38,023 nucleotides of DNA, taken from positions 70,598,269 through 70,636,291 of the forward strand of contig NC_068989.1 in NCBI RefSeq assembly GCF_001194135.2. Reading direction: 5' to 3'. Shown piece after piece: positions 24,559-37,457 of this stretch. The number at the start of each line of letters is the position of its first letter. The first letter of the stretch is position 1. Both the position numbers and the translations under genes were made by a program. This DNA comes from Octopus bimaculoides. Taxonomy: Eukaryota. Below the pieces are notes generated by a model that was given only the letters and a program-made list of their open reading frames with translations, did no database searches and was not told where the DNA came from.

Positions 24559-24830
24559 TTAACAGTCCTGGATACCATGACCATTTGTAGCATATGAATT
24601 AAGGATTTGCAAGACTCCAAATTCAGCCATAGTTTGCTCCAGATGGGTTGGTATGTATCCTGTTGCTCCTATAATAATGGGTATGAAGCTGAGAGTGTAT
24701 CTTGGGTACTGGATTTGCAAACTCCTTATCAATGGTCCATAGATATCCACTGTCTGATTGCATGCATGCATGTATATCTGTCTGTTTATCTTATCTTCAG
24801 CACTTACGTCTACTTTTTCAAGCTTGCATG
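24559..24830 (-). mobile_element. Fragment of a restriction-like-endonuclease non-LTR retrotransposon (R4/NeSL-like C-terminus)
   Basis: YGPLIRSLQIQYPRYTLSFIPIIIGATGYIPTHL resembles the recalled K..Y..L...L....IPI.IGA.G.IP motif downstream of the PD-(D/E)xK site. Interrupted by a simple repeat. Confidence 0.55.
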
Positions 24831-25000
24831 GGTCAGGCAGAATGCCCTTCCTGTCAGCTCCATGCAACCATAGAAAAGTGGACATTAAACAGAAGGCATG
24901 GAATTCTGAATGCCATTGTAAAAAATTTTTTAAAAAACCCCAAAAAGTTAATAGTGGTTTGTAGAAAATAGGAAGTATCATGTCAATCCTTAATACTCAC

Positions 25001-25085
25001 CTTGCTAAAGTTTTTATCTTGTTTTCTATACTCCTATGTCGCATGCAAAGCCGTGTGAGAGAAGAACCCATTTCTCTTGTGGCAC
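25001..25085 (-). CDS. MTSS1: MTSS1/MIM-like I-BAR protein, internal exon (85 nt, phase 1 to 2): (G)ATREMGSSLTRLCMRHRSIENKIKTLA(S)
   Basis: ttttctttccag acceptor and AG|gtgagt donor. Translation matches recalled MTSS1 GGTREIGSALTRMCMRHRSIEAKL. Phase joins the next exon. Confidence 0.95.
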
Positions 25086-26026
25086 CTGGAAAGAAAAAAA
25101 AAGGAAGAACATAAGTACAGTATATAGAGAGTTTGGTAAATTCTAACAGCTCTTTGGTAGAATATTCTATCTGATTTGAACAAGAAAGTGAAATGAAGTC
25201 TTTTAGAACTGTTCTAGGCAGGTTCAATACCAAGATACCATTTATTGTTAGATAAAACATAAAAGGTACTATATTATTTTCTAGGTTTGCAGTACTAAAC
25301 TTCAATAGAAAAGGAAAAGCAAAACAAATTATGGCTCTCAGAAAATCTTCAGCATTTTATCTGGAGAACCAATCCACCCACCCACTCATTTTGAACTAAT
25401 CTCTTTAAATTTATATGTACTGTAGTTTTATGTAAAGAAAGTTTGCTATGATCCAAACACTAGCTTAATAATGAATAAATTATTTTAATAAATCCCTGTA
25501 ACTCATTGACTTATCATCATAATCATCATTTAACGTTGGCTTTCCATGTTGGCATGGGTTTGACAGGGGACTGACCAGGCTCCATGTCTATTTTGGCATT
25601 GTTTCTACAGCTGGATGCCCTTCCTAACACCAACCACTTTACTGAGTGTACTGGGTGCTTTTACACAACACCAGTACAGATGCTTTTTATGAGGCACCAG
25701 CATTTACAAGCCCACAAGATTAAGGATGCTCAGCTGGAGAGGGTTGCAAGAAATGAGCCTAGTGTGGTATTTCATTTGAAATATAGAAATATAGTCAGAA
25801 AAGAGCTAATGTGATAAAACTATTATAAGCCTTCAGCACAAAGCAATACTTTTGGTAATAAGAAGGACTCTCTTCGGTCATGAATGACCATGGGATTGCA
25901 CCTTGAAAGTTACCCTCTGAGGCACAAGTCTAGGCAAGGTTGTTTATGGAAGACCAGCAGTCACCCATGCATACCAGCCTCCCCTCTCCATGCCACAAAT
26001 GTTATCCAAGGGAAAGGCAAATGCCA

Positions 26027-26335
26027 CTAAATTAAAACTTCCCATCAAAATTTATTCTTAATTTATGTTCCAAACATGTTTACTAACAACAAAATTATTT
26101 TAATAAAGTCTTTGTTATTTTCAAAATTAACTGAAATAAAAACAGTGTATTTTAACAGGAATATAGTAAGAAGATGGTTAAAGTGATCTAAATGAAAACC
26201 TTCAATCAAAATATGTTATGTTCTTAACACCAACTTAATAACAACAAAATCATTTTAATAAATTCTTTATTATTTTCAAAATTTATTGAAATAAATGCAG
26301 TGTATTTCAGTTGAAATATGGTAACGAAAGTGTTA
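26027..26335. repeat. Two diverged ~155-bp tandem units of an AT-rich repeat ending in g(g/t)gttaa-like termini
   Basis: acaacaaaat(t/c)attttaataaa...ttttcaaaatt...gaaataaa...cagtgtattt occurs twice. Boundaries approximate. Confidence 0.65.
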
Positions 26336-27524
26336 ATGGTAAGTTGTCTGAACAACTGGAAGCTAATTGGAATTGACTGTGGATGCAATTTGAGCCAGTG
26401 AACTCTTGGTTAGTTGTCTGGTGCACTGCCAACTGGATATTCAGAATGAAAGTTGTCATCATACCTCCATTATTGTCACCCACATCACTGCATCCATCTC
26501 TATGATCATCATCAACATTACCATCATATTCCAGGCCTGTTGCCAGACTTAGGTGCTATTGGGGTGCTTCAGAATATTCTAGGTGGGTACAAATTATATT
26601 GCAGGAAGATTTTTTAAAGTTGTATTTTCTAAAGCTGAGGGTCCACCTCTGAATAGTGAGGGGATAGTGCTGTCCAATGCAACCCTTTAGCGACAGGCAT
26701 ACAACCACTTTGTGCCCTTGGGTTGTCCACACTCAATAAGGAAGTAAACTCTGGTGCCTTTTGTTTTAGGTTTTATTTGTGTATCTAGAAGAACGAATTT
26801 TACTATAATAGTGGTCAAGGTGGGATTTGAACTAATAATGCACAGAGCTGGAATAAATGCTGTCTGATGCTCCAACAACTGTGCCAGCCCATCCTCTTGG
26901 CTGGTATTTTATTTATTGGACCCAAAAGGCATAGTCAACTTTTGTGGGATTTGAACTTGGAGGTTTGTGCATCAGAACATACAAGGCATAGCATATTTTT
27001 TTCCTCTCTGATTCTCTAACAATTCTGCCAATCCAATCTTCTGCCTGATTTGTTTTTGAAAAGAGAAAACATGTTCTAGGAAACAAAGCTATTTTCCCAA
27101 AGCTACTGCCGTGTTCAACAAAGCTTAATGAGATGGATAGCTTTATCTGTTTACTTTTCTTACATGTCAGCTTGGCCTTTCATAGTTTAGCAAATAAAGA
27201 GCTCTTAGATGTTCATGTAGAAGTGTGAATATCAATTCAATTATTAGTAATAGATGAGAAAGAGAGAGTGATAGAGAAGTATAGAGGATATTGAATCCCT
27301 AAAGTGAAGTGAATCAAATGCATGTCTAAAGATATCTATAGCTGACAGAGAGACTCAATGAAATTGAGATTGTGTGAAGTGACCAGACAAAATAGTGTCT
27401 TATCTATAGAGATATATGGAAAAATTTGATGATCATGTTACAATGTGTGGGATATTTCTATAGAAGGGATGTATCATATTTATATTACAATTAAAACTAA
27501 GTAGTGAAGCTATATACTTATGGA

Positions 27525-27568
<44 letters not shown>

Positions 27569-27687
27569 TGTGTGTGTGTGTGTGTGTAGAGGAGAGAGAG
27601 AGAATTAAAGATGAATCTGATCCATTCATAGTGCTATGTTGTAACCTGAAAAAGGGATTATGAAGCTAATAAAATATCATACAGAAC

Positions 27688-27722
<35 letters not shown>

Positions 27723-29785
27723 TATTTAGTCACAAGTACAATGATGAGGCAATTTGGTTGACCAAACAACTAGAATATTTGTTGCTGAAACCCACAACAA
27801 ATCTATTTTTATGTGTGGTATAGTGTGTACATATCCCAATTTCTTCACATTACATATGTTTTTATATATACTGAGGCTAGAGTAGAACACACTTGTCCAA
27901 GGTGCCATGCAGTTGGACTGAACCTAGAAGCATGTGGCTGGGAACTGTTAACTCAACTAGATTCACAACTTTCCTTCTTTCACACTTCTTTCGTAACTGG
28001 GATGGGAAAAAGTCCCTGGCACCCTGATAAATCTTTATAAATATGAGATAGGAAATGTATTCTTGAATCTGTGAGTGATGCAATGTCTGTCTCTATCCCA
28101 AGTTTTTTATATCACAGAATATATTTTTACATGCATTTGCTTGCGCGTGTGTATAAGCTTATATCTTTTAAGCCTTTCATATTACATAGGTAAAGATATT
28201 CTTTGCATGTGTACTTGTAGATGTGTGCATGTACAATATCATGCCAACACATTCTATCAAAGTCCTTCATATCATATAATGTATTACTGCATGTATATGT
28301 ATATGATATCATTTATATATCTCAAGTTTTCATATTACATAGGTAATGTATTCTTGCATAGATGTGTGTGTGAGAGAGAGTGAGAGAGAGAAAGAGAGAG
28401 ATCACCTAAGTCCTCCATATCTCATAGGTAATGAGTTCTGTTATGGATAGTAAGAGCTGAAGTATCAGAACTGCAAGTGTCAGCTCTGTGAGGATTCTTA
28501 TCAACACTGTTTTATTGACATTTATTAATATTTCTTTTAACCTCGGGCAACAATCATAATATGGAGCACTAAGAAAATCATCAGTGCATTCGTATACACA
28601 CACATTACTGCTTCAACGGACACCACATACATGTGCGAACGTAAGCACGCGCGCGCGCACACGTACACAGAGAATCTCTCGGTTTCTCTATCTTCCTCTA
28701 CTAAGCACCACCTTTATTGCCTGAGTGCATCTCCCTCTCTCTATCTTTTTGTCTTTCTCTCTCTCTATATATATAGAGAGAAAGTGAAAGAAGATGCACA
28801 CAGACAATAAAGGTGTTTAATGTGTGTGTATGTGTATGTATATATACACACACACACAGAGAGGAAGAAAGACAATGTGTGTGTGTGAGAGGGGCAGAGA
28901 GACAGAGAGACAGAGAAACACATGAGAAAGTCTACGCATGCATGTATCCGTACGCGCACGTGTAAATGTATGTTGCTGTCGTTATTGTCACAGCAGCAAT
29001 GAAATAATAGAAACAGTTGGGTCTGTCTGCAGGCAGTAGTGTGATTAATGTTGAAGCTCAACTGACGCACTAGCAGTAACACGGCCATGAATTTCATTAA
29101 GAGAGAGAGAGAGAGAGAGAGAGAAAAGCAGGAGGGATAAGTGAAGGAGACTCTTACGTTGTTGTTGTTTTTAAAACCAATGCTCGCCATTAACTCACTC
29201 ACTCATCCCGCCAAGGCTGTCAACCCCAACAGGTTACATCAGAAGTAATAAGTACCAAGCAGTTAGTGTCACACATATCAATACGTGCGTGTGTACGTCT
29301 GTACACGCGTGAATGTGTGTGTATGTAAAAAAAATACAGAAACACATGCAGTTTCCTTAATATCAAGACAAATAGGTCTCTCTCATTCATTCATTAATCT
29401 GTAAATAGTAAATGATAATGAGAATGATGATGGTGGTGGTGGTAAGACCTACAATCCATTCGGATCTTGACGTACCACCGTTAAGAAGACAGACTTCTTA
29501 ATTTCCGTAATTTAACGACTGAGCTTCATTAAATCCTAATACAACTCGTTGTTTGTTCTTGTTTATCCCCCATTGATTCAGAAGTCTATAACAAAAGGCA
29601 TTCAAGCTATATAACCATGTTTTACTTGGTTCGCTCTCACCATCTCCCCAGGAATAGTATAACAAAGTTAAACACACTTTTGTTTTTACTCTTTTATTTG
29701 TTTCAGTCATTGACCTGCGGCTATCAGGGGCTACGACCTTTAAGGGTTTAGTCAGTGAAATCGATTCCAGTCCTTATTTGAAGCC

Positions 29786-29988
29786 TGAAGCGGTGCTGAA
29801 AAGTTCCTGGCTTTAAGGGTCTCGCGAAAGGCCTGGTTGCAGGCCCAACCTTCCGAGTTCTTTTACAGTGCTTGGAAAAACTGATGGAGTCGTGTGTGAA
29901 TGGGACAAATATATTGATTAAAATCGTAATTAACTGATCCTCCTGTATTTTCTTTTACTCAAACCCAGGAACTTTTCAGTTCCCTTCA
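29786..29988. mobile_element. Mariner-derived MITE
   Basis: About 28-bp imperfect terminal inverted repeats: tgaagcggtgctgaaaagttcctggcttt / aaacccaggaacttttcagttcccttca. Confidence 0.7.
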
Positions 29989-29998
29989 TATGTATGTA

Positions 29999-30031
<33 letters not shown>

Positions 30032-30830
30032 GGTGGTTGTCTACTCCTTAAACAGAGTTTGACCACCTCCTGCACCTACACCTTAGCCCTTTCATGGCGT
30101 CTGATGTGGCTTTTTAAACCAGACAGTGTTTTGAAAAAACACCCACACAGATTGCACCTCTGATTTGCACTACCAATACCTGCAAGTAAGTTCTGCTCAT
30201 TGTGGTCTTTTAAGACCCCCATTGGATTTGCAAACCCTCTGGCACACACCACATTCAAACGTGTGCACAGACATATAATCAGAATAGCTGGGTGAGGTTT
30301 GTTTCCCATGGGTTCGATCTTTCGGTACTAGACCACCATAACTTCCGGTTGTTGTGCGCACGCATACTGATTACATTATCGTATAGTGTGTTTAAAGTTT
30401 GAGAACTGTATGAATCTGACACCCCTTAGTTGCCATTTCTCCCAGGTCCGTTCTGGCCCGGAGTAGTAGCACCTGTTAGGGCCCCACCAATGGGTAAAGA
30501 TTGGATCCTCCTCTGCTGCCTTGCAGGATGCCTCTTTAGGCTAAGGCTACGAGAAGGAATCATCAAGTCCTCAACGGTTGATCTGGCAGACGAAACGACA
30601 TCTATGTCTCTCAATGGCTGTGACAGCGGAAGAAGGCTATGCCAAGCGGGCTGGCTACAACAAGGCGTGGCCTAAAAGAACTGATCCACAGGTCAAAGTT
30701 AGTACGTCTCCTCCACGGTGCCACTGATGACATCCTCTGAGCCAAGAGAGTGGGCTTCCGCCTGGCAAGTGGTGGTCCACCTTAAACAAAATCACGCCAT
30801 GGCACTTCCGCTTCCGCGTTGCTGAAGATT
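30032..30830 (-). mobile_element. Non-LTR retrotransposon remnant (RTE-like, tentative): GC-rich 5'-type segment, C-terminal C2H2 fingers, 3' end with (AT)n tail
   Basis: CNLCGCFFKTLSGLKSHIRRH fits C-x2-C-x12-H-x3-H. A second, frameshifted finger reads CGVCQRVCKSNGGLKR(H). A stop follows, then ~40 nt and the microsatellite. No RT or endonuclease sequence is visible. Confidence 0.55.
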
Positions 30831-33800
30831 TCCCTTGTCACTAGAGGGATCAGGCATCAGTGTGGACAGTCTAGCATTTTAGTGCTTTGCTCTCTGTCCA
30901 GCAGAAATAATTACTCTGTTTGACAAGAGAATCCAGACTTGAAAATCTACCTCAATATATTCTGTCTGACCCACGCAGTGGAGAAAAGTGAATATTAAAA
31001 CAACGATCATGCTGTAAAGACGTTATATGGTGTGCAAAGAAAAAAGAAAGAAAGAATAAGAAATAATAATTTGGCAACATGCTACCCTCTTGCAACATGA
31101 AAGCTACATTGTCAATATACGAGAAGAAATAAAAACCAGCTCAAGGCTACAATACAATGTGGTTGATTTTTTTGTTTGTTCCTGTTTCATATGTTTAAAG
31201 AAATACCAGAGAGGAAGATTGCATTTAACCATGAATGGGGTTAAAGAATTTGGATCGGCTGCTTTAAAGCAGAAAAGGATATTTTCATGATTTACTCTGT
31301 GTGTAATGTGAGTATACTACGTCGCTGTGATGTTGAAACTAACAGGAGGCAAGAGGTAAAAATTGCAGTTAAATGACACACCACTACACATAAAAGCAAT
31401 GTTAACGATTTTATATTGTAGACGTATTGTAACCGTCAATGTGATTAATTTTTCACCCAAGCTCCATCAACTGAAGATGACAAAATCTTGGTTGCAGAAT
31501 CGTGTAGTGCAATTTTATGCTGTAATAGTATATAAAGTATAAAATTAAAAGTTGACAAAAAAAAAAAAAAAAAAAAAAAAAANNNNNNNNNNTGCTGGGG
31601 TACCGTCTTGAAGGATTTTAGTTAGACAAATTGACTACAGTATTTTTTAAAGCCTGGTACTTATTCTAACAGTCTCTTCTGTCGAAACTGTTAATATACG
31701 GGGACGTAAACAAACCGACACCAGTAGTCACATTATGGCAGGATACGCATATACACAAAGCAATGTATGTATCATGCTTAAAGCAGAGACATCATTGAAA
31801 AAGCCTCAAAACTGCAGAATTTGTCCTGGGATAGTATCTCTTATAGACGTACTGTATTAAAAAACACACAAATATATCAGTAGCAGACAAAATTCTTCCA
31901 GTAGTGGTGGTGGCATGGTTAAATCCACATTTCTGCCTCCTTGAGCTTCATTAGTAGCAAGTATCCACCATGATGGTTTCCACATGGTGTGGTGGGACAC
32001 ACGAGGGACATATACATGTATAATGACTCCAATTAAGTTTCCATTGACCAAATCCACTCACGAAGCTTTGATTGACCAAGGGCTAGTCCAGGGTGCCACG
32101 CAGTGGGACGGAACCCAGAATTATATGGTTACAAAGCAAGCTTCTTCTACGCACAGCCACGCTGCGCACCAATGTATAGAAATATTGTGAATTGAAAGGA
32201 AATACAGTTGACTCACTGATAGTAAAAAAAATGTTATATGTGAGAAAAAAAAACCCCATTAAAGCTTTAGTCATATTCTATGTGAACATTTTCCAACACT
32301 ATTCTGTACAAAAGCCACTGGACTATATAAATAATAATAATAAAAAATATTATTTGCCCTTTTCAGTAAGTACTGGATACTTCAAACAAAGGTGCAGCAA
32401 AAATGTTTCCCAACTCTCAGATATTTCCATGTTGAGAAAGGAGCACAATATGTGTTACTTGGCTTTTACAGAAATAACAATGAACCATGAGCTGAAATAA
32501 TACATTACGTACTAACTAAACCAGAGACACCAGGTCTGGTTCAAAATAAAGAGTCTGTTCATCTGTATTCACTGTTGGCAACAATGCAAATGTTCAACTG
32601 TGGAAAACAGCAATTTGGTAATTTGTTCGTTTGTGTGTCTGTCTGCTTTACGTTCGTTATTTTTCTATGCTTGTATGGGTTACAGTAATTTGTTATTTGA
32701 AGAATTGTTCCACGGCCAGATGCCTTTCCTGATGCTAACTCTTATGTGTTGTCAAATAAGGAATCACTTATTTCATATACCAAAGGTATTAAGTGCCTGG
32801 ATGATTCGTCGACAGGAGAAAGTGAAAACATCACGTGTTGCACTTTCGTACAAGCGATTGAAGATGTAAACAACTGGCACCCCGTCAGTTACGACGATGA
32901 AAGTTCCAGTTGATCCAATTGACCAAGTAGTCCGCTCGTGAAATTAACATGCAAGTGGCTGAGTACTCCACAGACACGCGTAACTCTTGACGTAGTTCTC
33001 AGGGAGATTCAGCATGACACAGAATGTGACAAGGCTGGCCCTTTAAAATACAGGCACAATTCATTTTTGCCAGCCGAGTGGACTGGAGCAACGTGGAATA
33101 AATTATCTTGCTCAAGAACACTATGCGCTGCCAGGAATCGAACGCACAGCCTTATGATTATGCCACATGGCTTCACAGATGTAAAGAAACATATATGGAA
33201 ACACAGATGCAGATGCATACACACACACACACACACAGAGTTTATGTCAATAGATTTTCTATAGACTTCAGAGCCAGCACTGCAAGTGACGACGTTTCAT
33301 ATTCTATAGATAATCTATGAAGTGAGAATATCATACTGCTAACACAAAAGAAACAATATTGTCTTGTAAACCTTTATTATGATGGCAAAACGAAATACTG
33401 TATCCTTTCCGGCAGATATGTATTTACAAGTTGTCAGGAATGTGTTTTTAATAAGTAAATTGGTCTATCCAATTGTGCCACACTGCTAAACTTAGGCGGC
33501 ATTTAAGCAATGTGTTCGTGGACAGTTAATGGGTGAGATGTGGTACTGATGAAAGAGCAATAGTTTCTAAAATATGCATATACACGTCTGCATGCACGCG
33601 CGCATGTGTGTGTGCGAGCGTGCGTGTGTAATATGTTATGGACTCTCCTGTCGTTAGATGATGGACGAAGGTTCCGCAGCTTTTAACTGAACACCCAAAA
33701 GGATAGTTTGTTTATAGTGGTGATCAAATGTTTGCATTCACATAAGCTCACTCTCGCCAACAAATCGATATTGCCTATGCGGGTGCACAAGTGTGTAACA

Positions 33801-35889
33801 TGTCAGATGTTGAAATGATTGCAGAATAAAGTGAAACGAAGTGTTTTGCTTGTGAACACAACGCACTGCCCAGTCTGGGAATCGAAACCACAATCTCATG
33901 ATAATGAGTGCAACATCCTAACCACTAAGCCATGCTCTCTCTCTCTCTCTCTCTCTCNNNNNNNNNNNNNNNNNNNNNNNNNNNNNNNNNNNNNNNNNNN
34001 NNNNNNNNNNNNNNNNNNNNNNNNNNNNNNNNNNNNNNNNNNNNNNNNNNNNNNNNNNNNNNNNNNNNNNNNNNNNNNNNNNNNNNNNNNNNNNNNNNNN
34101 NNNNNNNNNNNNNNNNNNNNNNNNNNNNNNNNNNNNNNNNNNNNNNNNNNNNNNNNNNNNNNNNNNNNNNNNNNNNNNNNNNNNNNNNNNNNNNNNNNNN
34201 NNNNNNNNNNNNNNNNNNNNNNNNNNNNNNNNNNNNNNNNNNNNNNNNNNNNNNNNATATATATATATATATAGGGATCTGAATTCCAAACCGAAAATGA
34301 TGTAATTAAATACAGCAAGACATCTTGTCTGCTGCTCTGCTACCGATTCTGCAAATCCACTACTTAAATAATAAATAGCAACAACGAGTTCTTCACATTG
34401 GCACAAGGCCACAAATCTATTATTACAGAAGGAAGAGTCGATTCGATCAAACTAGCAGTATTAAATTGACCTAGTTTATCTTGTCACGAGGTGTCTTGGT
34501 AAAGAATATTTAGGACTTTTCAGTAGATAAGATAAATTGAAACCTGTTCAAGAATGAGAAAAATTAAGCCCAATCTTGATTGATTGATGTGTTTTATTAA
34601 AATTACAATGAAAGCTAACGTTATTAAATTTAAATAAAACCCTGCACTATCGTTCGCAGTTAATAATAATAAATAGGCGCATCTGCCAAAATATGGTTGA
34701 AGGTATGTTAACAGCTACCAAAATTTAACGATCGAGAAGCGCGTGCGCGTGAATATTAGTTTGTGTGTGTGTGTACATAAATACACACAAACGGTAAACA
34801 CTTTATTATTTGTATTATTCTCAAGCCATTTCCGTACGGCACTACTTGTAGCACCACTATTAGTAGCTTTTGTGAACAGACGTTGTTAAATTATATAATG
34901 CTTAACTATAACAAATATTCGCAAGGATTGTAGAGGTTTGAACATGACAAAGGACCACAGAGGCTAGTAATTAAGGGCTTTTTTTTTATAGAAAAAAATT
35001 TTTTTAACCTAAGCTGAAATCTTTTAAAAGACAAACTGATAGATTCAAAGAAAAACTCAGCATGCTCCAAAATATCTTTCTTGCTCATTAAAGAGAATTT
35101 AAGCTTCAAAAATATCTATAAGTGATAATTTGATATTGTAAAATAGATAATTATAAAATAAGATATATCAAATATAATCCAGACGGTAATTTAAAATCAC
35201 ACACACACACACTTCAAAATCAATCCAAAAAGTATGGAAGTGGAGTTTGATATATTTTTACAGCAGAAAAAAAAATCAAAACAAAAACAACACAAATGTA
35301 ATGAAAAATCCGATTGCTTAGAAGACTTAAGAACTGTATGCAAGACTGATACAGGATAACTGCAATAAATAAATAAATAAATGTGTGAAAAGGGGGTGAA
35401 AGCGCAGAGGAAATGGGTAGGAGTGGATAAGGAATTAAGAGTGGAGGCTAACATTTCCTTTCCGATATATCTTAGAAACTTAAAACGGAATCCTGTCAAA
35501 GCAGCAGGGTAAGAAGAGATAGTAAAAGAAAAAGAAAATAAATAAACACAACAATATAAACAATCTTTAAAAAAGCAGTCAGTCAGTCAGTCAGTCATCC
35601 AATGCAAAGGAAAAAAACCAACGAAGGAACGACTGAAAGCTCATCTGCAACAGATCGTTTAGCAGCTTTTTAAAAACAACAGTCGGTCGTCGTTGCCATT
35701 AAATCACATGTCCCTCTAACTTAAAACATCGATAGGAAAAACCTCGTGACACGATCGATACAGACTGCTTGTTTCCTGTTTTTAGTCATGTGACTTATCC
35801 GAAATTTGTCTGCAACTTCCCTCTCGCCCCTCCCCCTCCCCATCTCATTATGGCATTTACAGCTATGTCATTTAGACATCATTTTCATA

Positions 35890-36300
35890 ACCATATCTCT
35901 TTCCTCTCTGTTTAAACTCTCTTCTCTTCATGCTCTCTCTCTTATTCTCCCTAGCCTAAACTTCCCCTCTTTCATTCATGCCCTCTTCCTCGCTTTGCCT
36001 AACCCTTTCTGCTTTGTTTATGCTCTCTTCCTCTCTCTCTCTCTCTCTCTCTACCTAATAATCTATCCCTTTCAAGTTCTCTTCCTCTCTCTTCTGCCTA
36101 AACGCCTTCCTCTTCATTGATAGTCTCTTCTTCTCTTTGCCTAAACCGTCTGCTTTGTTCATGCTCTCTTCCTCTCTCTATCTCAACTCCTTCTTCGTTC
36201 ATGTTCTCTTCCCCTCTCTGCATAAACTGTCTCTCCTCTCAATTCAGGCCCTCTTCCTTCCTCTATCTGAAAAACCTCTCCTCTTCATGCTCCATTCCTC
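35890..36300. repeat. Degenerate ~40-bp polypyrimidine minisatellite
   Basis: Recurring ttcatgctctcttcctctct...gcctaaac units, roughly ten. Confidence 0.7.
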
Positions 36301-37398
36301 TCTCTATTTTACACATGTTTCATTCTGCTTAAATATCAGGTGTTCAGTACTTCACTACAGCCCACCTCCCCCAAGAATTAAAAATTAAAATTAGATATAG
36401 CACACAATTCCTCCAAGAATTAACAAAAATTTATAAAAGCAAAAGTAAAGAACTGAACCCCCCCACCAAAAAAAAAACAACAACAACAACACGAACTAAT
36501 TATAAAACCAAGTAAGCAAGCAAAATGCTGTTCTTCCATGCTAGCATGGGTTAAATGAATATATTATCAGGGAATTATTTTAGTTGAATGACCTTGTTGT
36601 TAGCCCATACCTGTTTATCAAGTAAAGAATCTCTTATTTTGCACATCTTTGAAGGCGCCAAAGCTAATGGTTAAGTTGATAAGAGAAATAACACCACCAG
36701 ACAGACTCAAATGCACCATACTCACACTTAGACATTTTTTCTTGCATCATTTAATACTCAGAGGGGATTTTTTTTTCGTCCCTTGGCAGTGCATGTTTGT
36801 AATTGGTGACACAGGCACTGAGCTTACGAGAGCTGAAGAAGTGTAATGATAATAGTATTGTTAATTATAATACAGAAACTTGAAGTCCTGAATGTAAGTC
36901 CCCATACCTGTATCATCAATGCACATGCATGCATTTATAGGTGTAGGCGCATTTATAGATTTCTGTGTGTACTACCAATCATTGTTTGATGTCTATTTTT
37001 CTGTGCTTGTTTGGGTCATTTTCTTGAGGTAGATGTCTGTGTGAGTACATATGTATATATTATGTTTGTATCTTTTATCATGGGGCACCACCATGAAGAA
37101 TTTTTAGTCGAATGTATCAACAACAGGACATATTCTTTTATAAGCCTGATACTTATTCTATTGGGACATAAACACACCAACATCAATTATCAAGCAATGG
37201 TGAAGGGGAGGGGGGAACAAACAGAAACACACACACACACACATGATGTATCAAATCAACTCATAAGGTTAGCCTGAGGATATAGAAGACACTTCTCAAG
37301 GTGCCACACAGTGGGATTGAACCCTGAACCATGTGGTTGGGAAGCATGTGTCTTACCACACAGCCATGCCTGCACCTATATCTATATCTCTATCTATA

Positions 37399-37457
<59 letters not shown>

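Noticed and set aside
28406-28603. Hydrophobic 65-aa ORF (RLKEILINVNKTVLIRILTELTLAVLILQLLL...)
   Set aside because: Starts in a (GT)n-like tract with no recognisable family. At most a uORF of the candidate first exon.
28765-29202. 145-aa ORF as MTSS1 exon 1
   Set aside because: No match to the MEAVIEKECSALGGLF-type N-terminus, and it is largely microsatellite translation.
30310-30345. tRNA-like boxes (gggttcgatc; ggtggtctagt)
   Set aside because: The two boxes are on opposite strands and there is no cloverleaf.
31465-31515. ctgaagatgac... possible third hammerhead (similar weak hits near 1140-1172, 3125-3145 and 33546)
   Set aside because: No intact stem II-GAAA-stem III/UH arrangement could be built. 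Possibly decayed PLE ends, but unsupported.
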